Shown: in pieces, positions 15,905-24,090 of the stretch
Layout: every line of letters starts with the position of its first letter
How positions within the stretch are numbered: the first letter of the stretch is position 1
IMG/VR virus record: IMGVR_UViG_3300044999_000111
Coordinates: 1-24,090 of that record
Length of the DNA stretch: 24,090 nucleotides
Origin: a virus
Taxonomy: Duplodnaviria; Caudoviricetes
Strand: one strand, 5' to 3'
Position numbers and translations under genes: made by a program
Notes under the pieces: model-generated
Told to the model about the DNA's origin: nothing
The model's input: the letters and a program-made list of their open reading frames with translations, nothing else
Database searches by the model: none

Positions 15905-17581
15905 ATGATCAAATGCATTCGCGCGGCCTTTGCAGCATTCTTCGTCGCCGGCACGATCGTCGCGGCAACCCCGGCAGCGGCGGTGCCCCTCATCTGCGTC
16001 ATGCCGACCTCGGGCACGGTGTCCGGGCTCACGCTGGTCAACGACATCAACAACTGCCTCGGCAGCGCGCTCGCGCTGTTCGCAGGCGGCACAACGCCCG
16101 ACTCGCCGACGACGGGAATGCTGTGGTGGAACACGAACACCGGCTACGTCGCACAATGGGACGGCACAGGCTGGAACAATCTCTGGAATGTCGACACCAC
16201 CAACCACTTGAATGCCGTGCAGATCGGTGGCGGCGTTCAGGCTACACTGGCCAGCGCCTCCATCACCGATCTGTGGTCGGTGCCGGCCGGCTCCGTCGCG
16301 GTGACCGGGACGAGCACGATCACCCAATTGGCGAATGGTCATGCGGTGCCCGGCACGCTCAAGATCGTGACATTTGCCGGCGCGCTGACCTTGACGCAAG
16401 GCGGGGGTACCGGCGGCACGCCGCTAAATTTGCCGAACAACGGCAGCAACATCGCCACGGCGGCGGGCGACTATGCGATCGTGCTGGCGCTCACCGCGAC
16501 CAATGTCCAGGTGATCCAGTACACGCGTGCCACCGGCGCGGCGCTGTCGACGCAAGGCCTCAATGTCGGCGCCGGCGCGCTCGGCGCCTCGGCGCTGCCG
16601 AGCTTCGGGCAACCGCTCAACCTGCAGATCAATACTGCGGTCCCGAGCAGCCAGCTCACCGTGTCGATCGTGGGCGTCAACGGTTCTAATCCATCGTCGA
16701 CCAATCCTGTGCTGGTCGGCTTTCGCTCGCAGACAGGATCACCTAGCGGCACGAATATTTTCGGTTCGCTGCAGGCGGCGCTCAGCGTCACGCTGGCGAC
16801 GACGAGCTCGATGGGCTGCACGACGGCTGTGTCCTGCCGGCTGTGGGTGACGCTGATCTGCCAGACCGAATCCGCCGGCGCCTGCACCTCGATTCTGGTC
16901 GGACTGTCCAACCAATCGACGTCGACGCAGATTTTTCCGCTTGCCGAAGAAAAGCTGCAAAGCACAGGGCCTGGGACGACGGGGGGTACGAGCGCCGGCA
17001 CCATTCAAACCTCCGTCGCCAGCCTGTCGGGCGTAGGCGTTCGCATCGTCGGCTTCATCGAGGCAACCTGGACGTCGGGGACAGGATGGGCCTCGCCGAA
17101 CAGGGTGGCACTCTTCGCGCCCGGCATGCACAAGCCGGGCGATGTGGTGCAGAGCGTCTATGCGTCGAACGCGACGGGGGCGGGCACGTCAAGCAATTCG
17201 CCGACCACGTTTTTGAGTCAGGCGATGACGCTAAGCAGCGCGATCAATCTGGTTCGGATCAATGCGGGAGCCTTTGGATCGACCGGCGCTCAGCAGAATT
17301 CGATAACCATTCAGATGTACCGCGGCACGATCGCGCTTGGCGTCGGGCAAGGCATCGGTTGCGTCGCCGGCGGCTGTACCACCGCTGCCGTGCAGGCCGG
17401 CGTGTCGTTCCCTCTGCTTGACCAACCCGGTAGCACATCGCCAACCTACAATTTGAAATTTCTCAGTGGCAATAATGTCAACAACGTAACGATCAGCGGC
17501 GCGACAATGGTGCTGGAAGAAATCATGGGCGCGCTCGAGCCGGGTAACGACGCCGGCGCGCCGCTGCGGCTGGTGGGGTAG
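15905..17581 (+). CDS. Tail fibre-like protein with apparent N-terminal signal peptide
   Basis: Fibre anchor-type segment DINNCL...FAGGTTP...GMLWWNT...WDGTGW; Gly/Ser/Thr-rich. N-terminus MIKCIRAAFAAFFVAGTIVAATPAAA. Confidence 0.7.
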   Translation: MIKCIRAAFAAFFVAGTIVAATPAAAVPLICVMPTSGTVSGLTLVNDINNCLGSALALFAGGTTPDSPTTGMLWWNTNTGYVAQWDGTGWNNLWNVDTTNHLNAVQIGGGVQATLASASITDLWSVPAGSVAVTGTSTITQLANGHAVPGTLKIVTFAGALTLTQGGGTGGTPLNLPNNGSNIATAAGDYAIVLALTATNVQVIQYTRATGAALSTQGLNVGAGALGASALPSFGQPLNLQINTAVPSSQLTVSIVGVNGSNPSSTNPVLVGFRSQTGSPSGTNIFGSLQAALSVTLATTSSMGCTTAVSCRLWVTLICQTESAGACTSILVGLSNQSTSTQIFPLAEEKLQSTGPGTTGGTSAGTIQTSVASLSGVGVRIVGFIEATWTSGTGWASPNRVALFAPGMHKPGDVVQSVYASNATGAGTSSNSPTTFLSQAMTLSSAINLVRINAGAFGSTGAQQNSITIQMYRGTIALGVGQGIGCVAGGCTTAAVQAGVSFPLLDQPGSTSPTYNLKFLSGNNVNNVTISGATMVLEEIMGALEPGNDAGAPLRLVG

Positions 17582-17590
17582 GGCACCGCG

Positions 17591-18040
17591 ATGGCAACGG
17601 TAACACAAGTCCAACTGCGCCGCGGCACTTCGGCCCAGGTCGCCACCTTCACCGGCGCGCAGGGCGAGGTCGTGGTCGACACCACCAACAACCGTGCCGT
17701 GGTGCACGACGGCGCGACGGCCGGCGGCTTCGCCCTGGCGCGGCGCGCCGAAAAGCAGCGCGCCATCCACGGCTCGGCCGACTTGCCGGTCACCGCGGAC
17801 GACGTCATCCTTAACGTTAATGTCACTTCGCCGCTGACAATCACCGTGCCTGCGGCATCGTCGCGCGTCGGTAATCCAATCGAGTTCAAGATCATGCCTG
17901 CTTCGTCTGCCGTAACATTAGCCCCTACCGGAAGCGACACCCTCGACGGCCGAACGTCGCTATCTCCGTCGGCCGGCTCACGGACGAAACTCCTTCCCTA
18001 TTTCGACGGAACCAACAACGCTCTGGGTTACTCGCTATGA
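17591..18040 (+). CDS. Mtd N-terminal domain protein (fibre-associated)
   Basis: QVQLRRGTSAQVATFTGAQGEVVVDTTNNRAVVHDGATAGGFALAR closely resembles the N-terminus of Bordetella phage Mtd. It is followed by a small beta domain, not a C-type lectin. Confidence 0.8.
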   Translation: MATVTQVQLRRGTSAQVATFTGAQGEVVVDTTNNRAVVHDGATAGGFALARRAEKQRAIHGSADLPVTADDVILNVNVTSPLTITVPAASSRVGNPIEFKIMPASSAVTLAPTGSDTLDGRTSLSPSAGSRTKLLPYFDGTNNALGYSL

Positions 18041-19566
18041 AAATCATCAGGTTGATCGCGGCGGCAGGGGTTCTATCGGTCTGTACGCTTGCAGTTTTCG
18101 CTTGGCTCGCCCTGCAGCAAATGGCCTTCGCGGATTACTATCCGGGGCTGCTGCAGCCGGGGCAGGTGCTGGGAAATAACGGTTCGTCGCCGGCACCCGC
18201 AGCCGCGATATCCATGTTCGGAGCGGTTGCAGCGCCGGGCGGCGCGCAGCTTTATGCCGCGCCCACCGCGCAAGGTAGCGGCAATTGCCTTAGTGCCGCA
18301 AACGCCTGTACGCTTCCGACGGCGTGCGCTTTCCGCAGCCAAGTCACGACCTTTATCAGCGGCGGCTTCAACATCAACTTGGCGAGCGGGACGTACAATA
18401 CCACCAATGCCGATAGCGCCATTTGTTCGATCTATGGCAATGCCGGCGGGAGCTCATCGGCGCTCACATCGCTGATCGGCAATGTCGTCAGCGGTTCGTG
18501 CATTTCGCAAACTGCCGTTATCTTGGCTGTTCCGAATAATAGCACGGGGGTTTTGATAAAAGACGGCGGCGAGGTCGTCTTAAATTGCGTTGAGATTACT
18601 CTCGGCAGCAATGCCATAGGTATCCAAAACGCCGGCCAAAGTGCGATTGCCGATTATGATAATGTCACGTGGGGCAGCGCGGGCAGCAACAGCGTCGATG
18701 TCAGCGGCTCCTATGGTGCCTACATCAATCTGACGAGCGCCGGCGAAACGATCATCGGAAATCGGTCCTTTCATTGGTTGCTCAGCGGCAACGCCGTTCT
18801 TAACGCCGGCGGGCTCACAACTCTCACGGGAACGCCGGCATTCGCGGGCGCTTTTCTGTCAGCGTCGGGAAACAATTTTATTTTCCTGGCCGGCTGGACT
18901 TTCAGCGGCTCTGCGACGGGCACGCGTGCTACCCTCAACGGGCCTGGTTACATGGTCACGGCAGGCGCGGCGGCGTGCAATTCCGCTTTTCCCGGCGGTG
19001 GCGGGTGTGCGTTCAGCAATGGTTTCCAGGACAACGCCGGCGAAGGTGCGGTCCTGCCGAACCCGTCGCCATCGACCCTCGGTGGCATCAAGAGCTATGC
19101 TGCGGTATCCCATCAGTGGATCAATCAAATCTCAACCGGCGGCGCGCCAAGCTCGACGCAGCCGGCCACCTCCGATCTCAGCGACGTCACCGCGCCGACG
19201 ACATGGACCGCTACTGACGGCAGCGGTGCGGGTCTGACGTTTACTACAAGTGGGGACACAAGATACGTAAAAAATGGGAAAGTTTGCATTGTCTCATTCA
19301 TGGTCCAATGGCCGACGACATCAGATACGCACACGGCTCAAGTCAACGGTATTCCTTCTGCATGTGCAGCCTATAGCGGCACGTTCAATTGGGTTGCCGG
19401 CGGCAGCTCTCTTACAGGCATCGGAAGTATCGGCAGCGGCATTGCGTGGGTCGCTTTACAGGCCGGCGGTACGTCCTTGTTCTTTTTTGGTAATGCGAAT
19501 CCGTTGACGAATGCAAATATGTCGAACGGCATCGTTCGCGGCACGATTACATACATTACAAACTGA
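18037..19566 (+). CDS. Tail fibre/spike-like protein with apparent signal peptide
   Basis: Gly/Asn/Ser-rich, probably beta-helical core; PSPSTLGGIKS fibre motif; C-terminal TWT...RYVKNGKVCIVSF fibre-tip domain. N-terminus MKIIRLIAAAGVLSVCTLAVFAWLALQQMAFA. Confidence 0.65.
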   Translation: MKIIRLIAAAGVLSVCTLAVFAWLALQQMAFADYYPGLLQPGQVLGNNGSSPAPAAAISMFGAVAAPGGAQLYAAPTAQGSGNCLSAANACTLPTACAFRSQVTTFISGGFNINLASGTYNTTNADSAICSIYGNAGGSSSALTSLIGNVVSGSCISQTAVILAVPNNSTGVLIKDGGEVVLNCVEITLGSNAIGIQNAGQSAIADYDNVTWGSAGSNSVDVSGSYGAYINLTSAGETIIGNRSFHWLLSGNAVLNAGGLTTLTGTPAFAGAFLSASGNNFIFLAGWTFSGSATGTRATLNGPGYMVTAGAAACNSAFPGGGGCAFSNGFQDNAGEGAVLPNPSPSTLGGIKSYAAVSHQWINQISTGGAPSSTQPATSDLSDVTAPTTWTATDGSGAGLTFTTSGDTRYVKNGKVCIVSFMVQWPTTSDTHTAQVNGIPSACAAYSGTFNWVAGGSSLTGIGSIGSGIAWVALQAGGTSLFFFGNANPLTNANMSNGIVRGTITYITN

Positions 19567-19599
19567 CGGCTCAAGGCGATTACGAGAGCGAATGACCAG

Positions 19600-20831
19600 A
19601 TGACAGTCAAGCATGTTCAGCCATCGATAGCATTGTGTTGTGTCTTGTCGATGTTTTTCGCCGCTACAAATCCAACGGTACCGCAAAGCACTACGACGGA
19701 AGGCGTGATGCTTCCCACCGTCAACGGCGCACCCTTCACATCCGGACCCGTTAACGTCGACAACTCGCATTGTGGTTGGAACTACGTGCTCAGCGGTGGC
19801 GCGTTCTATACAACCATGGTGCCCAGCGCGTCCGGCTTCCCTGTCGGCTGCCGCGTAACGATCACCAACGCTGATCCGTTGCCGACTGGATCGAATGCGA
19901 CCGGCGCAAAGTGGGTCAAAATCGGCGGCATCCAAGGCTGTCAGGCGACGGACTGGGTTGGCACATATCTCTACCCGCAACAGAGCATGGCGGTGACCGT
20001 GGTCGCCATCGATAAATGGCAAATCACGCAGTGCCCCAATCTCTGGCAAATGCCGGCCGGCAATCGTTTTGTTCTGAATTGGGATCCGGTCAACGATTCC
20101 GATAGGCCCGGTGAGGCGGACGGGCTCGCCACTGGATCACGGGCGCTCAAGACTGCCAACAACGCGCTGTACTTTGCCAGCCAGATCATGGCGGCCAACG
20201 TATCGGCGCAATTCACGGTGAAATGCACTTATAACGGCGGCAGTTGCTCCGGCCAGTCCGATCCGCTGGGCATACATTGGCCACCGCATGGAGGCTCGCC
20301 AATTGGCTCGCAAGGGGGCTCCGGTATCATTTTGAACTGCAACGGTGCATCGCTGACGGGCAATCCTTCCTATGGCGGCTTCTTCGCCGCGGCGATCATC
20401 CAGCCGACCGGGTGCAACTTCGTCAATGGCGTCACGGTTGCCTGGGGAGCGGTCATTTTGGACGTGGGTGCCGGCGGCAATACTTATTGCGCTCCCGAGG
20501 GCGGTACGGTTTTTCAAGCGACCTATCATGCCCTCATCGTGCTCGGCAAACCGTCGAGGATTTGCGCCGGCAATGTCGGGTTATTGTTAGCCCTCAATAT
20601 GCACGGCGAATTTGAAAACGATTCGACGATGACCTTCAGCGGTCCTCTCGCTGTAGCCAATGGCGTCGTCGTCGAGGGCGGCCGAGCAACGCGATCTTTG
20701 GCAAAGTCGAGGGCGGATCAAACGTTACCGGGGTAAAGTGGAACCTGTTTCAAGGCAGCGCTCTGAGCGGCAGCGCGAATGTGCCGGGAACGAGTCCCGG
20801 CAGGACGTGCAGCACCTGCACGGATGACTAA
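19600..20831 (+). CDS. Tail fibre/spike-like protein with probable frameshift near 20680 (as read, stops at 20736)
   Basis: Hydrophobic N-terminus, VPSASGFPVGCRVTITN module, DPVNDSD...DGLATGSRALKT motif. The -1 frame from 20682 continues PSNAIFGK...VTGVKWNL...VPGTSPG...* to 20831. Confidence 0.55.
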
Positions 20832-20898
20832 CCGCTGTTAGCTCACTGGCCACTATCCGCGCGTTGCCCGCTGTCAAATCATGTTATGAACGGCGGCG

Positions 20899-23004
20899 AT
20901 GACGATTGCCGAAACAAAACAGCCGCCGGTAACGGCGCCGCGCGCGCCGGTCTCGCCGGGTTCCGAATCGCCCGATCGAGGAAAGACGGCCAGCCAGTTC
21001 GACTATCGGCCCGACATCGACGGGCTACGCGCCGTCGCCGTCTTGGCGGTGATTGGCTTCCACGCCTTTCCGGCCTGGATTCGCGGCGGGTTTGTCGGCG
21101 TCGATGTGTTCTTCGTCATTTCCGGTTATCTCATCAGCACCATTTTGCTCACCGGCATGGAGCGTGGCTCATTCCGCTTCTGGCAGTTCTACATACGGCG
21201 AATCAGGCGAATTTTTCCGGCCCTGACTGTCGTGCTGCTGGCCTGCATGGTGGCCGGCTGGTTGGTGCTGTTTTCGTCCGAATACAAGGCGCTCGGCAAG
21301 CACGTTGTCGGCAGCGCGGCGTTTGTTTCCAACTTCGTGCTGTGGAACGAGGCCGGTTATTTCGACAAGGCCGCGGCAACCAAACCGTTGTTGCACATTT
21401 GGTCGTTGGGAATTGAGGAGCAGTTTTACATCGTCTGGCCCTTGTTGTTGTACCTAGTCTGGAAGCGTAAAGCAGCAACGTTGGCGCTTCTGCTGGGGTT
21501 GCTCGTCTTCAGCTTCACTTTCAATGTGATGTCGTCCGATCCGGCAGCGGATTTTTACTCGCCGCTGACGCGATTCTGGGAATTGATGGCGGGCGCCGTT
21601 CTGGCCTATCTGTCACTCAATGGAGAGCAGCTAGCCGGGATCTTTCGCAATCTGCCGCGACCTGCTCTTCAAATAATCGATGGTGGCGTTACGCCAGAGT
21701 CGATAACGCGTAATGTTACGGCTGTAGTCGGGCTGCTGCTCATCGTTGCGGCCGCGCTGACGCTTGACGAGACAGGGAAGTTTCCGGGTTGGTGGGCTTT
21801 GCTGCCGGTTATGGGCACCTACCTGATGATTGCGTCGGGGCCCCACGCATGGATCAATAACAAGCTACTCGCGAATCGGGGGCTAGTTGCAATCGGCTTG
21901 ATCAGTTATCCGCTCTACCTGTGGCACTGGCCGCTATTGTCCTTCATCCGCATCGTCAATGGAAAGGCGCCGTCCGCGACCGTCGCGGCGCTTGCAATCT
22001 TGCTCAGCTTCGCGCTGGCGTGGCTGACTTATTTGCTCGTGGAGAAACCATTACGTTTCGGCAAATCGGCGCCGGCCAAAGCAGTTGCATTGCTGGTGGT
22101 GATGGTGGCGGTTGGCTTGGTGGGATATTTCACCTATGCCAAAGGCGGATTTCCGTTCCGCAACCCAGGCTCCGAGGACCTTGTGGCGGCGGCGCAAGAT
22201 TATGAGCCTTCGGCAGGACTGACATTAGGCAATCCAAACGCACCGGAAACGATTCTAGTCGGCGACAGCACGATGAGCCAATATGTTCCCAGAGTGCGAA
22301 AGTTGATCGAGCAGAGCGCGATCGACCTCAATCGTAACAGAATCATATTCGACGTGCTTGGCGGCTGTCCGCCAATTCCTGACATCGCGCGCGATCAGAA
22401 TCCAGCTTGCGCGCCGTTCATAGATAGGGTGCTGCCGACGCTGGACGGCGAGAAGGTTAAAACCGTTGCTTTAACAGCGTTTTGGACCACTGAGTTCACC
22501 ATAGCTGAATATTACCTCCGTGCCGATAAGTCGAAGGTTTTGCTGCGAGATTCGGAAGCGGCCCAGGATCGCGCCCTCGATAATTTTTCGACCTTAATTT
22601 CTCATCTGGTCGGTGCCGGTAAAAGAGTTTTTGTGCTCTTGGAGACTCCATCATCGAACATATACGATCCGGCAACATTGATGCCGACCGGATGGTATCG
22701 TTTGCTCGCTCGATCAAAAACTCCGCAAAGCCCGACCCGTGCGAACATGGAAAAATTCGTCGGCAGGATCAGCGAAAAAATTCAGCGCGCGGCAGAGGCG
22801 GCGGGCGCCCGGGTGATCAAGCCGTTGGACTATCTTTGCGACAGTGAATTCTGTCCGATCGCCGACGAAGACGGTCATCTCATGTACTACAATTACGATC
22901 ACCTGCGCACTTCCTACGTGCGCGATCACGCGACCTACATCGATCAGATATTTCACCCCGATGTAGATCACGCAAAGCCGACGGACGGACCGTCCGCACG
23001 GTAG
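20899..23004 (+). CDS. OafA-like O-acyltransferase (acyltransferase-3 plus SGNH domain)
   Basis: YRPDIDGLRAVAV, GGFVGVDVFFVISGYLI, RRIRRIFP, HIWSLGIEEQFY and SYPLYLWHWP motifs; C-terminal GDS and terminal DHL motifs. Confidence 0.93.
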   Translation: MTIAETKQPPVTAPRAPVSPGSESPDRGKTASQFDYRPDIDGLRAVAVLAVIGFHAFPAWIRGGFVGVDVFFVISGYLISTILLTGMERGSFRFWQFYIRRIRRIFPALTVVLLACMVAGWLVLFSSEYKALGKHVVGSAAFVSNFVLWNEAGYFDKAAATKPLLHIWSLGIEEQFYIVWPLLLYLVWKRKAATLALLLGLLVFSFTFNVMSSDPAADFYSPLTRFWELMAGAVLAYLSLNGEQLAGIFRNLPRPALQIIDGGVTPESITRNVTAVVGLLLIVAAALTLDETGKFPGWWALLPVMGTYLMIASGPHAWINNKLLANRGLVAIGLISYPLYLWHWPLLSFIRIVNGKAPSATVAALAILLSFALAWLTYLLVEKPLRFGKSAPAKAVALLVVMVAVGLVGYFTYAKGGFPFRNPGSEDLVAAAQDYEPSAGLTLGNPNAPETILVGDSTMSQYVPRVRKLIEQSAIDLNRNRIIFDVLGGCPPIPDIARDQNPACAPFIDRVLPTLDGEKVKTVALTAFWTTEFTIAEYYLRADKSKVLLRDSEAAQDRALDNFSTLISHLVGAGKRVFVLLETPSSNIYDPATLMPTGWYRLLARSKTPQSPTRANMEKFVGRISEKIQRAAEAAGARVIKPLDYLCDSEFCPIADEDGHLMYYNYDHLRTSYVRDHATYIDQIFHPDVDHAKPTDGPSAR

Positions 23005-23037
23005 CGACGTTCTAAGTCAATCCATCCTTGCCGTTTA

Positions 23038-23056
23038 ACGCATCGACCTGATGCGT
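23038..23056. other. Short intergenic inverted repeat
   Basis: ACGCATC-gacct-GATGCGT between the acyltransferase and the lysis genes. No adjacent U-tract; function unknown. Confidence 0.35.
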
Positions 23057-23089
23057 CCGAAACATTTGTAAAAACAAAGAGGTAACTGC

Positions 23090-23470
23090 ATGCGAGCGAT
23101 TCTCGCCACGCTGTTCTTTTGTGCATTGCTCCCGGCCGCGCACGCCGAGACGGCGTCGTATTACGGCTTCGAATCCGGCCGCCACACCGCGAGCGGTGAG
23201 CGGTTCGATCCGAACGCCATGACGGCGGCGCACCGCACGCTGCCGTTCGGCACGCTCGTTCGCGTCACCTATCGGGGCCGCTCCGTCGTGGTGCGCATCA
23301 ACGATCGCGGGCCGTTTGTCCAAAAGGGCGGCCATTTCACCCGCGACATCGACCTGTCGGAAGGCGCGGCGCGCCGCATCGGTCTTCCCGGCGTCGGCCA
23401 GGTGACCATCGAAGTGATCGACAAAACCGAGCTTTACATCCCGAAACACGGCGATTGGGGAGTTTTCTGA
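23090..23470 (+). CDS. RlpA-like double-psi beta-barrel lytic transglycosylase with signal peptide
   Basis: ASYYG...TASGERFD...[11 protein letters not shown]...VRINDRGPF...IDLS motifs; leader [19 protein letters not shown]; no SPOR domain. Confidence 0.9.
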   Translation: MRAILATLFFCALLPAAHAETASYYGFESGRHTASGERFDPNAMTAAHRTLPFGTLVRVTYRGRSVVVRINDRGPFVQKGGHFTRDIDLSEGAARRIGLPGVGQVTIEVIDKTELYIPKHGDWGVF

Positions 23471-24090
23471 TGCAACCACTTGTCATCGACATCTATCACG
23501 GCGACGCCGTGCAGGATTTCGCCAGAGTGAAGGCGGCCGGCATCGTCGGCGTCATCCACAAAGCGAGCCAGGGCGGCGCCGTCGTCGACCGGGCCTATGC
23601 CAGCCGGCGCAAGCTCGCGCTCGCCGCCGGCCTCAAATGGGGCGCCTATCACTTCTTCGATTTCAGCGCGCCCGCCGCGGCCCAGGCCGAGCATTTCCTT
23701 TCGGTCGCGGACGCGGATTCCGACACGCTGGTCGCGTTCGACTGGGAGAATGTCGGCAGCCGCGAGCCGAGCTCAGCTCTGGCCAAGGCGTTTCTCGAAG
23801 CGATCGAGGCAAAACTTGGCCGCAAGGCGGTGATCTATTCCGGCAACGTCGCCAAGGAACAGATCGCCGGCAAGGACGGCTATTTCGGCGCCCACAAGCT
23901 CTGGCTCTGCCAATACGGGCCGGTGGCGAAAGTGCAGGCGAGCTGGAAAGCGCCGTGGCTTTGGCAGAACAACGGCGACAGTTTTGGCCCTGGCCCGCAC
24001 ACCATCCCCGGCATTTCAGGCCTCGTCGACAACAACACCGTCGTGCCGCCGATGACGGCGGACCGGCTTGTCGCGGAGTGGGCAACATGA
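23470..24090 (+). CDS. GH25 muramidase (endolysin)
   Basis: VIDIYHG, IHKASQG, WGAYHF, AFDWE, IYSG, LWLCQY, LWQ and VDNN motifs. ATG 23470 overlaps the upstream TGA and follows GGGAG. Confidence 0.9.
   Translation: MQPLVIDIYHGDAVQDFARVKAAGIVGVIHKASQGGAVVDRAYASRRKLALAAGLKWGAYHFFDFSAPAAAQAEHFLSVADADSDTLVAFDWENVGSREPSSALAKAFLEAIEAKLGRKAVIYSGNVAKEQIAGKDGYFGAHKLWLCQYGPVAKVQASWKAPWLWQNNGDSFGPGPHTIPGISGLVDNNTVVPPMTADRLVAEWAT

Larger units (their letters stand above)
1..24090 (+). mobile_element. Prophage or GTA-like element, late (morphogenesis plus lysis) operon; extends beyond the window at least on the left
   Basis: Uninterrupted + strand order capsid-neck-tube-chaperones-tape measure-tail tip-fibres-endolysin, with many abutting or overlapping start/stop codons. 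No integrase, terminase, portal or att site in view. Confidence 0.92.

Noticed and set aside
17591-18040. Diversity-generating retroelement suggested by Mtd similarity
   Set aside because: Only the Mtd N-terminal domain is present. No C-type lectin variable region, reverse transcriptase or adenine-specific TR/VR pair is visible.
20828-20841. CTAAC-cgct-GTTAG as a CtrA box upstream of the acyltransferase
   Set aside because: Does not match TTAA-N7-TTAA in sequence or spacing; a short palindrome like this could be chance.
22982-22996. Palindrome CGGACGG-A-CCGTCCG
   Set aside because: Lies inside the coding end of the acyltransferase with a 1-nt loop and no U-tract; not supportable as a terminator.

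Overview
High-GC DNA, probably alphaproteobacterial (Hyphomicrobiales-like, inferred). The whole window is the co-oriented (+ strand) late operon of a siphovirus-type prophage or GTA-like element. Gene order: capsid 3' end, neck genes, tail tube, frameshifted tail chaperones, short tape measure, an RcGTA-type tail tip (DUF2460, DUF2163, NlpC/P60, large tail protein), four fibre/receptor-binding genes, an OafA-like acyltransferase, an RlpA-like hydrolase and a GH25 endolysin. The main finding is three polymorphic toxin-immunity cassettes inside the head/neck module: an AHH/HNH-like nuclease, an Ntox44-like domain with a membrane partner, and a DddA/SCP1.201-type deaminase with Imm1. The toxins have no MuF, Rhs, CdiA or T6SS delivery domain that I can recognise. 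All three share a short K-x(1-2)-[FYW]-x(3-4)-[QH]PR...G-x(0-1)-W motif. Two cassettes each follow a copy of the capsid 3' end; the copies differ only by synonymous changes, which suggests cassette stacking or exchange by recombination. Together this points to a virion-packaged polymorphic toxin system. Also notable: Cys-rich tail-fibre proteins with apparent Sec signal peptides, a ~50-aa module shared by the head-tail adaptor and tail tube, two apparent single-base frameshifts, and small palindromic repeats. Family calls come from motif recognition by eye, not database searches.
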